64,000 bases of DNA from Nostoc sp. (GCA_036918135.1 JBALDB010000009.1:32001-96000); one strand, 5' to 3'; positions 35,236 through 45,756 are shown, numbered from the stretch's first letter. Translations and numbers: made by a program. The notes: generated by a model from the letters alone, not told the origin.

Positions 35236-38200
35236 ATGATTCAAAGTACGGTAATTGCTCTGAAATTATCTTCTTTACAGTTGGGATTAGCACAAATTCC
35301 AGTCACAGGTGAAGTTATCACTCCAGAAGAAGCATCAGTTGTTTTTTCTGGGCCGAAATTTTTGATAGCATTACTTGCTGGTGTATTGATGGCATTTGCC
35401 TTTCAATTACTATTAACAAACTTCTCGATAGCTGTCGGAATTTCAGCTCTAGGTGGTAGCTCAAGTTCTGATGAATCTGAAAGCTTGGGTAGTACGATTC
35501 GCAAAGTTGAAACAACTGCTGGTCTTTGGGCGCTTGTTACCGCAACCATAGCTTTATTCAGTGCTAGCTTTTTAGCAGTCAAACTCAGTTTAATTGAGAG
35601 TGCGCTTTTAGGAGCAATTATCGGTGTAGTCATCTGGTCTGCCTTTTTCACAGTCATCGCCTGGCTTGGTTCAAGCGCAGTCGGTTCCTTGATTGGTTCT
35701 GTTGCTAGTACCGTTACTAGTGGTATGCAAGGAATCATGGGTACAGCAGGCGCGGCTTTGGGTGCTAATGCTGCGAAAAACCAAATGGTTTCTACCGCAG
35801 AAGAAATTACTGCGGCCGTTCGTCGCGAACTCACATCAGGTTTTGACGCCGATAGTATCAAAAAAACGTTACAAAGTTCTTTATCTGCTGTACAGTCACC
35901 GCAGCTAGATACCAAACAAATCGGCTCTCAATTTGAGAAGCTGCTCAAAGAAGGAGACTTGCAAGCGATCGCTGATAGTGATTTGCTCAAAAATGTTAAT
36001 CGCCAAACTTTTGTCGATTTAATTAGCTCTCGCACAGACTTCTCGAAAGAAGATATTAATGGAATTGCCGACCAATTACAAGGTGCTTGGAACCAAGTTG
36101 TAATAGGGCAAAATCCTACCGACCAAGTAATTAATTTACTGCAACAAGCCTCTCCTGAAGAATTGCAACCTGAAAAATTAGCTGAAAAAATTCAGCAATT
36201 GGCGACAATTGGGAGTGGAAATGGTAAACGCAGCAAGGGAATAGTCAAGCAAGTCGTTGAAGTTGGCTTAGGTGCAGCTTTACCTGCGGTGTTGAAGCAA
36301 GTAGACTTCTCCCAACTAGATGTAGAAAAAGTTAGACATCAGCTAGAGCAATTGACAGAAAAAGCTCAGGAAGTAGATGTCGATAAAATTACACAGCAGT
36401 TGCAACAACTTAAAGACCAAGCAACCCAAAAAGCAAGCCAGTTTGGTAGTTCTGTCGCTGAAAAATTGCCTGCACCTGAGAATAATACCATCAAGGCAGA
36501 TATAGAAGAATACATTCTCAATTCTTTCCCTTGGCATTTCAACCAGATCACAATTAGTGATGAATTCAAAGAAGTCATTTATGACCCGAATGCTAACCCA
36601 GGAACTGTAAGACGGCAATTAGAGGAAATAACAACAGAGTATTTCGCCAACTTGCTTAAGCAACGGGGAGACATCAGCGAAGCAAGAGTCAAAGAAATTT
36701 CTGAGCAGTTGTCAAGTGTCCGCACGGAAGTTTTAGAAACTGTTAAGCAGGCGGATACAACAGAAAAATCGCAAAATCTCCGCACCCGTTTGGAAGATTA
36801 CCTCCGTTCGACTGGAAAAGCAGAACTCAACCCAGAAGGTATTGAGCAAGACTTGACGAAGTTGCTGGAAGATCCAGAAGCGGGAATTGAAGATTTAACT
36901 CAAAGATTTTCGGAAATTGACCGCGATACTTTAGTTAAACTACTGGCTTCTCGTGAAGATATTAACGAAGAGGAAGCTAATAATATTGTTGGTCAATTTG
37001 AGCGCACTCGTGATAATGTTTTAAATCGCGCACAAGAACTTCAAGAGCAAGCAAAAGCGAAAGCTGACGAAGTACGGCAAAGAGTTGAAGATTATCTCCG
37101 AAATACTAACAAAGATGAACTCAATCCCGAAGGTATCAAGCGCGATTTTCAGACTTTGTTAGAAGACCCGCAAACAGGAATTTCCGCTTTAAGAGCCAGA
37201 TTATCACAGTTTGACCGCGATACTTTGGTTCAATTACTCAGTCAGCGGCAAGATTTGAGTGAGGAGCAGGTCAATCAAACCATTGACCAATTGCTTACAG
37301 TCCGGGATAATGTTTTGCAAGCTCCACAAAGAGCTGCCGAGACAGCAAAACAGCAGTACGAAAAAACCACGAGTGCGATTAGTGAATATCTCCGCAATAC
37401 AAACCTGGAAGAACTCAATCCTGAGGGTATTCAACAAGACTTGCAAAAATTACTGGCTGATCCCGAACAGGGGGCTGATGCTCTTAGACAGAGGCTTTCA
37501 CAAGTAGACCGGGAAACTTTAGTCAAGCTGCTGACGCAACGGGGAGACTTGAGTGAGGAGCAAGTTAATCGTATCATTGACTCAACACAACAAGCCATCA
37601 ATAACATTGTCAAAGTACCGCAACGCTTGGCGAACCGTGCTACTCAAAGAGCGCAGGAGTTTGAAGCTAACTTAGAAGACTATCTGCGTCACACCAATAA
37701 AGAAGAACTTAACCCGGATAGTATCAAGCGTGATTTGCAATTGTTGCTGTCTTCTCCTCGTGCTGGTGTGTCTTCTTTGAGTGAGCGTGTTTCTAAATTT
37801 GATCGCTCTACACTTGTGGCTTTGCTATCCCAGCGTGAGGATATCTCAGAAGAAGAAGCTAACCGAATTGTGGATCGAATCGATTCTGTGCGTAACTCGA
37901 TTGTCGAACAATATCAGCAAATTCAGCAAAGGGTGCAATCAGCACTTGATGATGCTTTTGGCTCGATTCGCAATTACCTCAATTCACTGGAGCGTCCCGA
38001 ACTCAATTATGAAAGTATCCAGCAAGATTTTGCGAAAGTGTTTGACGATCCGCAAGCTGGGTTTGAGGCTTTGCGCGATCGCCTATCTGCTTTCGACCGT
38101 GATACCCTAGTTGCTGTCCTCAGTTCCCGTGAAGATATTTCCGAAGCGCAAGCTAACAAGATTATCGACCAAGTTGAAAGCGCACGCTCTAATGTACTCC

Positions 38201-38397
38201 ACCGAGCCGAACGCATTCAAAAAGAAACTCAAAAACGTCTCAATGCAATTAAAGAGCAAGCACAAAAGCAAGCAGTTGAAACCAAAAAAACTGTTGCCGG
38301 TGCTGCTTGGTGGTTATTTAACACAGCTTTTGTTTCTTTAGCGGCTTCAGCTATAGCTGGAGCTTTGGCTGTATCAGGTTTTGACCTTTTTGGTTAA
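35236..38397 (+). CDS. Large membrane-anchored helical repeat protein
   Basis: N-terminal TM helices; about five roughly 100-aa repeats YLRxTxxxELNPxGI...DRxTLVxLL; C-terminal TM. Confidence 0.8.
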   Translation: MIQSTVIALKLSSLQLGLAQIPVTGEVITPEEASVVFSGPKFLIALLAGVLMAFAFQLLLTNFSIAVGISALGGSSSSDESESLGSTIRKVETTAGLWALVTATIALFSASFLAVKLSLIESALLGAIIGVVIWSAFFTVIAWLGSSAVGSLIGSVASTVTSGMQGIMGTAGAALGANAAKNQMVSTAEEITAAVRRELTSGFDADSIKKTLQSSLSAVQSPQLDTKQIGSQFEKLLKEGDLQAIADSDLLKNVNRQTFVDLISSRTDFSKEDINGIADQLQGAWNQVVIGQNPTDQVINLLQQASPEELQPEKLAEKIQQLATIGSGNGKRSKGIVKQVVEVGLGAALPAVLKQVDFSQLDVEKVRHQLEQLTEKAQEVDVDKITQQLQQLKDQATQKASQFGSSVAEKLPAPENNTIKADIEEYILNSFPWHFNQITISDEFKEVIYDPNANPGTVRRQLEEITTEYFANLLKQRGDISEARVKEISEQLSSVRTEVLETVKQADTTEKSQNLRTRLEDYLRSTGKAELNPEGIEQDLTKLLEDPEAGIEDLTQRFSEIDRDTLVKLLASREDINEEEANNIVGQFERTRDNVLNRAQELQEQAKAKADEVRQRVEDYLRNTNKDELNPEGIKRDFQTLLEDPQTGISALRARLSQFDRDTLVQLLSQRQDLSEEQVNQTIDQLLTVRDNVLQAPQRAAETAKQQYEKTTSAISEYLRNTNLEELNPEGIQQDLQKLLADPEQGADALRQRLSQVDRETLVKLLTQRGDLSEEQVNRIIDSTQQAINNIVKVPQRLANRATQRAQEFEANLEDYLRHTNKEELNPDSIKRDLQLLLSSPRAGVSSLSERVSKFDRSTLVALLSQREDISEEEANRIVDRIDSVRNSIVEQYQQIQQRVQSALDDAFGSIRNYLNSLERPELNYESIQQDFAKVFDDPQAGFEALRDRLSAFDRDTLVAVLSSREDISEAQANKIIDQVESARSNVLHRAERIQKETQKRLNAIKEQAQKQAVETKKTVAGAAWWLFNTAFVSLAASAIAGALAVSGFDLFG

Positions 38398-38418
38398 AGG
38401 TTCTGTAAGTTCATAGTT

Positions 38419-38440
38419 AAGCCTCTCAAAAGAGAGGCTT
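38419..38440. terminator. Bidirectional terminator hairpin
   Basis: AAGCCTCTC-AAAA-GAGAGGCTT between convergent genes. Confidence 0.7.
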
Positions 38441-38473
38441 TCTTATTAAGTGAGAATGCGCCTGTGATTTGTA

Positions 38474-39184
38474 TTAAATGTCTGGTTGTTGCAACCATCG
38501 GGCGACCATACCTGCTAAAACTCCACCTAAAATGGGGAACACAATGAAAATCCAAAGGTCAGCCAATGCCCAACCGCGAGTAAAGACAGCTGTGGCTAGC
38601 GATCGCACGGGATTGACGCTGGCATTTGTTACAGGAATAAGGATAAGATGCGCCAAGGTCAGCCCTAAACCTATGGGGATGGGTGCAGACAACTTAAGAG
38701 CGCGAGAAGATGTGACGCTTAAGATCAGCAATACAAAGCCAAAGGTAACAATGAGTTCGGCTAATGCACAAGCCCACCAGCTATAGTTACCAGGAGAGTG
38801 AATTCCCACCCCATTAGAACCAAAGTTGGCTGTTGTAAACTCAGGCTTGCCCATGCAAATCAAAAACAGGATAGTAGTCCCCCAAATTCCGCCGAGAATC
38901 TGACTCCCGATATATGGCAAAACGTCTCGGTAAGAAAATTGCTTGGCTACCCAAAAACCAATTGTAACTGCGGGATTGATGTGACATCCGCTGATCGAAC
39001 CAAAAGTATAGGCAGCAGTCAACAAACTTAAGCCAAAAGCGATCGCTACTCCAGTAACTCCAACCCAAGGTACTGTACCAGAGATTACCGCAGTACCAAC
39101 GCCCATCAGAACTAACCAAGCTGTACCTAGAGTTTCCGCCAAACATCGTTTTGCTAACGAGTAACGATTCATAAGGGATGCCAT
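38474..39184 (-). CDS. aqpZ: Aquaporin (MIP family)
   Basis: AETLGT, ISGCHINPAVT, HSPG.YS, TNASVNPVRS. Confidence 0.85.
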   Translation of the reverse strand: MASLMNRYSLAKRCLAETLGTAWLVLMGVGTAVISGTVPWVGVTGVAIAFGLSLLTAAYTFGSISGCHINPAVTIGFWVAKQFSYRDVLPYIGSQILGGIWGTTILFLICMGKPEFTTANFGSNGVGIHSPGNYSWWACALAELIVTFGFVLLILSVTSSRALKLSAPIPIGLGLTLAHLILIPVTNASVNPVRSLATAVFTRGWALADLWIFIVFPILGGVLAGMVARWLQQPDI

Positions 39185-39431
39185 AACTGGCTAGATATGA
39201 TTGATATTTATACAGATTAACCGAATCAGCTAATTATCTCGACTTTTTTGAAATAGATTATCAATCGGTTCGACGAACTTTTGAATTATTTCATTAACCA
39301 TCAATTTATTTTTTATCAGTGCAAACTCTGTATCCTAACGATTAGAAAAATAAACCTAAAACTCATTTTTATTTATTAATATTCATTTTTTCATCATTTA
39401 AAGAACTACAAAATAACTCAAACAGTTTTTC

Positions 39432-39516
39432 TATAGCCGTAGTCACACCTTTAGGACATTTTGAAAGGATGAATGCTTGGAAGAATATATGTTTTTACCT
39501 ACTGCCTCCTACTATA
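39432..39516 (+). repeat. Dispersed repeat family C, copy 1
   Basis: TATAGC...TTAGGACATTTTGAAAG...TTTTACCT(CTGCCTC)...CTATA; similar to 44512-44616. Confidence 0.6.
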
Positions 39517-39767
39517 TAAACTTCATTTATTATAAAAATCATGAGCATTTTAAATAGACCTATTATGGTGCAATAGGCGCTGTTACTTCGAGCAACTCAA
39601 AAATTGATGACCCCTTGGTTGGGTCATTTTTTTGATCTACCAGAAGTTGTACATGAATTTAAGTTATTATAAAATTTACTAAATATTCGTATTTACTCAT
39701 CAATGTTCAATTGATAATCTATAATTTCAACAGACAATCACAAATTTATTCTTGCAATCCAGCGAGT

Positions 39768-41528
39768 CTACTTTTTATTTACCTGCAACCAAATCTCTAA
39801 ACTGATTAATAACCAAAGCTTAACACCATAACGTCCCCAAATATCGCCTTTATAATCTAACCAGTTCCGTAGTAGTGACTGATTAAAATAAGGTGCGGTT
39901 GCACTTTTTCTATTTAACAATAATTTCCTCGCTTCTTGTTGCCAATACTTGCGAAATCCTAACTGCACTGGTACCATCATCCCACTTTTAGGACGATGAA
40001 TAATCACCTCTGGTAAAATATCGGCAACGGCTTGTTTGAGTACTGCTTTTTCTTCTACTCCTGAAAGTTTATATTCTGGAGGAATTTGCATACTCAAGTC
40101 AACAACTCGCTGGTCAAAAAGTGGCGAGCGCCCATGTAAACCTGCTGCTTGAGTTAAGTTATTTACTTTTGTCAAAATTTGGTCGGCTCCCTTATATTTA
40201 ATATTCAGTGCCATTAATCTATTTAAGAAACTGGCATCAGAATTTAAATCAGCCGAAAATACAGATGATTCTGTTTTCACTGCTCTCCAAACTTCTGGTT
40301 TTAAAAGCTGCGGTAAGTCTAATGCACACTTTTGAAAAGCAATTAGATATGCTTGCACTGAATCTTGATTATTAATTGAACCATATAAACTATTAATTAG
40401 CATCGGTTGATTTTTCGGGCCGCCAAAACATGGATCGCCACCTTCACCATTCAAGATAACTTGCACATTTTCTCGCGCCATTCTTCCTACTAACAAATTT
40501 GGCACCGTCAGCGGATCGCCTATCGGATCGTCGAGATACGCCATTGTTTGGGGTAGGCGTTCCCACATATCTTTAAAAGTAATTTCCAGAATGTGGTGTT
40601 GAGTTTGGCAATGTTCGGCTACTAAACTAGAAAACTCTAACTCATTGGGACATTGGGCACCAAAATGAATCGAGTAAGTATGCACTGGTGCATGATGAAA
40701 TTTTGCTGCTAAAGCGGTGATACTGCTAGAGTCTAAACCACCAGAAAGAAAAACACCAACAGGTGCATTTTGCGGTAAATATTCTCGAACAACTTGATTG
40801 AGCAGAGAACGCAAGCGATCGCCATGCCATATTAAAGATTCATTCTCCCCTGTAATCTGCTGTTGCAATTCCCAATAAGTATAAACTTTTTCTGAAGGCA
40901 TTTGGACAACAGTTCCTGGCCGCACTTCTCGCACCTGTTGCCAAAGTGTGCGTTCTCCCGGTACAAAGGCGCAACAAAGATAATCACGCAGTGCCACTAA
41001 ATCGACATCGCCTGAACGATAGGGTGCAAGCGATCGCATTTTTGGCGCGATGGCGCGAATTGCACCAGTACTAGTGTAATAGAGAGTCCGGCTACCAATG
41101 CGATCGCGTCCCAGCCATAATACTTGCTGTCGACGATCCCAAATTACTAACCCAAACATCCCCACCAACAATTTCAGACATTCACAACCAAACTTTTCCC
41201 AAAGTTCAGCAATCAATTGACAATTATTTTTAGAAAAACTACTTGCATCGACTTTCAATTTTTGCAGCAACTCCAGCCGATTACTTAACCACACATCTCC
41301 AACCACCACGAATTGTTCTGTAGAACTGAGTGCAAATTGTTCTGTAGTCAGTGCAGAAATCACGGCAAACTGGTCATCTTGCCAGATTACATCGGCTGTT
41401 AGAGTATTTAATCTTCCCCAAACTACATACCAGCTAGAGTGAACCTCTATAGATGAAATAGTAGATTTTTTGAAAATATTCAATAGCAAGTTATTGGCAC
41501 TTCTCGCCACACTCCCCATCTCCCTCAT
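39768..41528 (-). CDS. Asparagine synthetase B-like ATP pyrophosphatase/amide ligase
   Basis: GMFGLVIWD, RDRIG...LYY, FLSGGLDSS, GEGGD, RSPLFD, EKAVLK, RPK; no N-terminal Cys. Confidence 0.85.
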   Translation of the reverse strand: MREMGSVARSANNLLLNIFKKSTISSIEVHSSWYVVWGRLNTLTADVIWQDDQFAVISALTTEQFALSSTEQFVVVGDVWLSNRLELLQKLKVDASSFSKNNCQLIAELWEKFGCECLKLLVGMFGLVIWDRRQQVLWLGRDRIGSRTLYYTSTGAIRAIAPKMRSLAPYRSGDVDLVALRDYLCCAFVPGERTLWQQVREVRPGTVVQMPSEKVYTYWELQQQITGENESLIWHGDRLRSLLNQVVREYLPQNAPVGVFLSGGLDSSSITALAAKFHHAPVHTYSIHFGAQCPNELEFSSLVAEHCQTQHHILEITFKDMWERLPQTMAYLDDPIGDPLTVPNLLVGRMARENVQVILNGEGGDPCFGGPKNQPMLINSLYGSINNQDSVQAYLIAFQKCALDLPQLLKPEVWRAVKTESSVFSADLNSDASFLNRLMALNIKYKGADQILTKVNNLTQAAGLHGRSPLFDQRVVDLSMQIPPEYKLSGVEEKAVLKQAVADILPEVIIHRPKSGMMVPVQLGFRKYWQQEARKLLLNRKSATAPYFNQSLLRNWLDYKGDIWGRYGVKLWLLISLEIWLQVNKK

Positions 41529-41554
41529 CTCGCCCAGTCCCTAATCCTAGTCCT

Positions 41555-42118
41555 TTACCCCTCTAGCCTCAAACCTCTTTCCATCAGCATCTGAAGTTCG
41601 ACATTCTCAACATTTGGTATCGCTTCTAACCGAGAAATTCCAGCGATCGCATCGGCAATATTACCCGATCGGGGACGCAACCAGGCGGCGTGGGGTGCAT
41701 AGTCAAGACTTTGCTCTACCTGATAACCTGCTCTATCGATGGCCTGGCGCTGGGATTCCACATCAACGCCTTCAGCAAAGCGGATAAAAACCAATCCAGT
41801 TGGTACGGCGAGGGAACCGTTGGGTTCTAATGTATAAATCGGACTCAATGTATTTTTTTGCGAGCGCTTAGGTTCGCCAGAAAAAATTGCGATCGCTCCT
41901 TCATTGAGTTGTAAAATTGCTCCCTGAGCCACCGTGCTGGGTTGATTGTAATGTATTGCGTAGTACCCAGGCTGACGAGTGTAGGATACAGCAGAGGCAT
42001 TGCTGCCAGCGCTAATTTGTTGGGGATACTCAGAAAAGTAATCTTTTTGGAATCTCACTTCAGCAATCAAGGGTAGAGAGTATATCGTCAGAAAATACTC
42101 AGCGGGAAAATAAATCAT
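41555..42118 (-). CDS. Stand-alone S8 propeptide (I9-like) domain protein
   Basis: PTGLVFIRF...GYQVEQSLDYAPHA resembles YTENLFVKF...NLTIKRQLEYARNA of the adjacent protease prodomain; start uncertain. Confidence 0.55.
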   Translation of the reverse strand: MIYFPAEYFLTIYSLPLIAEVRFQKDYFSEYPQQISAGSNASAVSYTRQPGYYAIHYNQPSTVAQGAILQLNEGAIAIFSGEPKRSQKNTLSPIYTLEPNGSLAVPTGLVFIRFAEGVDVESQRQAIDRAGYQVEQSLDYAPHAAWLRPRSGNIADAIAGISRLEAIPNVENVELQMLMERGLRLEG

Positions 42119-42426
42119 TTTTCTTAAGTTCTAATAATGTTATATCGTTTTTTACTGACATAAAATACAAATCTTTCGGATAACTGCACAAATGTATATG
42201 CCTACTAATAGTAAAGATTCGTAAATCACACCTAACTTTTAATCCCCTCTTTTCTGGAAAGAAGAATTCAAGACTTGTATGAACCTAGAGAGATTAAATT
42301 CTGTTTAAGCTATATATTTTGTGTACCCTAATCCAGATATAACACATGAAAATTGATGAGGGAGATGAGGGGAATAACCAATGCCTAAATTTCCCAAACC
42401 CAATGCCCAATATAGGAGATTAAATT

Positions 42427-44415
42427 ATGGTTCAAGTTCGTTATGGTGGTGAAAATGGTCAACGGTATGAACTTGCAATTAGCGATCGACACATTGTAGT
42501 TCGTACCGAAAACCGCAGCACTCTGATTGGTGAAAGACCGTTTGAAGTCGCACCAGTCTCAGTTGCAGCTCGTAATATCCTTAATCAATTCGATTTAAAA
42601 ACGCGGTTTCGCCAAGCGGGTGTAGAAATTCTCCAAGCGAAAGTTCCAACTCAGGCGGTTGCTTTGCGCGATCGCGCTAGAGCAATTCTCAATGAAGAAC
42701 CTAAAATTGAATTTGCTGGACGTGTTCTTGTCGATCCCACATCCCAAGAACCTGTAATTTATACGGAAAACCTCTTCGTTAAGTTTGATAATCGCCAAGA
42801 ATCAAGGGTGTGCGAGCAAGTTTTAGGGCGTTACAACTTAACAATAAAACGCCAACTTGAGTATGCCCGAAATGCTTATTTTGTCAGCGCCCCTGCAAAT
42901 AGTGGTTTAGCCATCTTTGACATCGCCGAGAGACTCCTAAACGAGCAATCAGTTGAGTTATGCCATCCAGAACTAGTGCGTGAATTACGCCCACGTCAAG
43001 CTTTCCCACAGCAATGGCATCTCAAGCAAACAACAATTAATAGTAAAGTTATCAATGCCCATGCCAACGTTGAGGCAGCTTGGAAATTAAGCGATGGCAC
43101 AGGAACGATTATTGCAATTATCGACGACGGTGTAGATCTCGATCATGAAGAATTCCGTTCCTCTGGGAAAATTGTTGCCCCGCGTGATGTCACACGTAAA
43201 ACTAACGATCCCAGACCAGGAAACGATGATAACCACGGGACAGCCTGTGCAGGAGTAGCCTGTGCAAACGGCAACTTCGGTGCATCTGGTGTCGCGCCTA
43301 GTGCAAAACTGATGCCGATTCGTTTAGCTTCGGCATTGGGATCGCAGGAGGAAGCCGATGCTTTTGTTTGGGCGGTTCAAAACGGTGCTGATGTAATCTC
43401 TTGTAGCTGGGGGCCAGCAGATGGTGTTTGGTTTGAGCCAACCGATCCGCTACACAATCAGAAGGTGCCTTTGCCTGACTCTACAAGACTTGCCATCGAC
43501 TATGCAATTAATAAAGGACGCAATGGCAAGGGTTGTGTAATTTTCTTCGCTGCTGGTAATGGTAACGAAAGCGTCGATAACGACGGCTACGCCAGCTACC
43601 AAAATGTGACTGCTGTGGCAGCTTGTAACGACTACGGTACAAGAAGCGCTTATAGCGACTATGGTCAAGCAGTCTGGTGCGCCTTTCCCAGCAATCATGG
43701 TTACAATTCTCAAACCCCTGGAATTTGGACAACCGATCGCTCTGGTGCTGTCGGCTATAACTCTGGTAATCTGAATTTGGGTGATACCCCAGGCCACTAC
43801 ACAAACTCATTCGGCGGCACTTCTAGCGCTGCTCCGGGCGCAGCTGGTGTAGCAGCCTTGATTCTTGCTAGCAATCCAAATCTGCGTTGGGATCAAGTCC
43901 GAGACATCATTAAACGCTCTTGCGATCGCATCGACCAACCTGGAGGTAAGTATGATGCTAACGGTCGCAGTCCTTTCTACGGTTACGGTCGGATGAATGC
44001 TCTCAAAGCTGTGGAACTGGCTAAGCCCAATCAACCATCACCCATCACCAGATTCCAAGCAGTCCAAGATGTGCCCATTAGCGACTTGCAAACATCAAAA
44101 TTATCATTGGCGATCGCTAATACCAACCTTGTTAAATCCATCAAAGTTAGCGTAGACATCGAGCATACTTACATTGCTGACCTCGTAGTTACTCTTAACC
44201 CCCCAACCCAAACAGGTGTAGTGCCAATAATTCTCCACGATCGCCTCGGCGGATCTTCAGATAACATTAAAACAACCTATGACGAAGTGAACACCCCTAA
44301 ACTTGCTGCCTTTAAAGGTAAAAGTCCCCAAGGAAGCTGGACGCTAGAAGTAGCAGATAAAGTTAACCTAGATACAGGAAAGATTTGCAGCTTCACCATC
44401 GAAATTGGATTTTAA
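42427..44415 (+). CDS. S8 subtilisin/kexin-like protease with C-terminal P-domain
   Basis: IIDDG (Asp), HGTACAG (His), AAGN, GGTSSAAP (Ser); VDIEHTYIADL...GSWTLEVAD. Confidence 0.95.
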   Translation: MVQVRYGGENGQRYELAISDRHIVVRTENRSTLIGERPFEVAPVSVAARNILNQFDLKTRFRQAGVEILQAKVPTQAVALRDRARAILNEEPKIEFAGRVLVDPTSQEPVIYTENLFVKFDNRQESRVCEQVLGRYNLTIKRQLEYARNAYFVSAPANSGLAIFDIAERLLNEQSVELCHPELVRELRPRQAFPQQWHLKQTTINSKVINAHANVEAAWKLSDGTGTIIAIIDDGVDLDHEEFRSSGKIVAPRDVTRKTNDPRPGNDDNHGTACAGVACANGNFGASGVAPSAKLMPIRLASALGSQEEADAFVWAVQNGADVISCSWGPADGVWFEPTDPLHNQKVPLPDSTRLAIDYAINKGRNGKGCVIFFAAGNGNESVDNDGYASYQNVTAVAACNDYGTRSAYSDYGQAVWCAFPSNHGYNSQTPGIWTTDRSGAVGYNSGNLNLGDTPGHYTNSFGGTSSAAPGAAGVAALILASNPNLRWDQVRDIIKRSCDRIDQPGGKYDANGRSPFYGYGRMNALKAVELAKPNQPSPITRFQAVQDVPISDLQTSKLSLAIANTNLVKSIKVSVDIEHTYIADLVVTLNPPTQTGVVPIILHDRLGGSSDNIKTTYDEVNTPKLAAFKGKSPQGSWTLEVADKVNLDTGKICSFTIEIGF

Positions 44416-44511
44416 ACCAATACGCTTGGCTTAAGGATAATTCTAGGCTGGGTAGAGCGACAGCAAAACTCAACCTTTTATTTTTAGAGAAGCAAAACTA
44501 AAAATTTTACA

Positions 44512-44616
44512 TATAGCAAGTGAATTAAAGGTTAGGACATCTTGAAAGCGTAGATGTTAAGAATAGTAATGTTTTACCTCCTGCCTCCTGCCTCCTGCCT
44601 TCTGCCTCCTGCTATA
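44512..44616 (+). repeat. Dispersed repeat family C, copy 2, with CTCCTGC heptamer tract
   Basis: TATAGC...TTAGGACATCTTGAAAG...TTTTACCTC(CTGCCTC)n...GCTATA. Confidence 0.65.
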
Positions 44617-44633
44617 ACTTTACAACTAGTAAT

Positions 44634-45263
44634 TCAGTTGGAACACAGTGCAGCGAGTCGTTGGAATGCCGATGGTGCTGGACTATTTGCAAGGTGCTGG
44701 CGTATCATCTGGGCACACGCAGCCGGACTTAACAATGAGGTATCCACTTCAAGGTCATAGATTCCAGGGATGTGGACTTCACGTTGCCATAGCTCAACTG
44801 GACGTGGCACCGGGGAGTTGGCTTCACTTTCCACGTTCCACCCGGTGTTTTGTCGTCTTTCCATAATTATCTCAATGGGGCAGCGAACGCCTACAAACAA
44901 GACTGGCAATCCGTTTAAACGCCGAACACTATCGGTTAGAATGCCCCGCTTGATTGCGTATGCGTCATGGTGTCCGACATCAACCACGACATTTAGTCCC
45001 AAGCGGCTGTGGGCGGCGATGGATTCATACATGGCGCTGTATAGAATGGGAACGAGGTGTTCAATGTCCTGACGTTCTCCCCCTGGCCGCAGACCAATCC
45101 CAGGCAGGTATCGTGCGGGAGTCATTTGCATAAACCTATCGACACCCAAGTTCATCCATACCCCATCAAACGTCTTCTGGATCGCTGCGACAATGCTTGA
45201 CTTCCCCGCTCGCGGAGTACCATTGAGGATGATAATCTGTCCTAGCTCTTGTGTCTGTCCCAC
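44634..45263 (-). CDS. Chloramphenicol phosphotransferase-like P-loop kinase
   Basis: IIILNGTPRAGKSS, GVD, GLNVVVD, VGVRCP, YDLEVDTS. Confidence 0.9.
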   Translation of the reverse strand: MGQTQELGQIIILNGTPRAGKSSIVAAIQKTFDGVWMNLGVDRFMQMTPARYLPGIGLRPGGERQDIEHLVPILYSAMYESIAAHSRLGLNVVVDVGHHDAYAIKRGILTDSVRRLNGLPVLFVGVRCPIEIIMERRQNTGWNVESEANSPVPRPVELWQREVHIPGIYDLEVDTSLLSPAACAQMIRQHLANSPAPSAFQRLAALCSN

Positions 45264-45302
45264 GAGCGCTCCTCGTATCTTTTTCTAGTATATTTAATTG
45301 GC

Positions 45303-45433
45303 AGTAAGTCGGTGCAATAAAACCAAACTGTGTAAAGAAAAGTAAATAAGCCTCAAACTCTTTCTGCTCCTGCTAATATCTCCCAGCAAGAACTACCTTA
45401 TCCCAACAATAATTATTTACGCCGATCTACTTA
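45303..45433 (+). repeat. Dispersed repeat family B (MITE-like), copy 1
   Basis: AGTAAGTCGG...AATAAAACCAAACT...CCGATCTACTTA; imperfect terminal inverted repeats. Confidence 0.65.
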
Positions 45434-45490
45434 ATCACAAAGGCGTCGTTTCACCCAATTAATTCAAGCAACTCTTAATAAATAGGCATC

Positions 45491-45655
45491 ATATCAAGTT
45501 CGGCTAATTACGGCAGATATGGTTGGTGTTGTTGGTAATTGGTGATTGGGAAGAAGGGGAACAGGGGAAGAGTTAAACTGTATTTTTATTCCCCATTATC
45601 CATTACCCATTACCAACCCTCACAGGTATCATAAGTATTCAACCGGACATGATAT
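45491..45655 (+). repeat. Dispersed repeat family A (MITE-like, about 165 bp), copy 1
   Basis: Ends ATATCAAGTTCGGCTAAT / AACCGGACATGATAT; near reverse complement of 48433-48601. Confidence 0.8.
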
Positions 45656-45667
45656 CACAGCAATTAA

Positions 45668-45701
45668 AGGTGCGTTACCGCGTAGCGTAACGCACCCTAC
45701 A
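45668..45701. repeat. REP-like palindrome downstream of thiC
   Basis: GGTGCGTTACCGCGTAGCGTAACGCACCCTAC. Confidence 0.6.
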
Positions 45702-45756
45702 AAACTACAAAACTTTTTAAACCACTTGTGTTTGTATCTTTGCGTCAGAGCGTCAA

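Noticed and set aside
35236..38397. MFS transporter
   Set aside because: Only a few terminal TM helices; the body is soluble helical repeats
39768..44415. Lasso peptide gene cluster
   Set aside because: No B1/RRE, no B2 transglutaminase-like protease and no precursor seen
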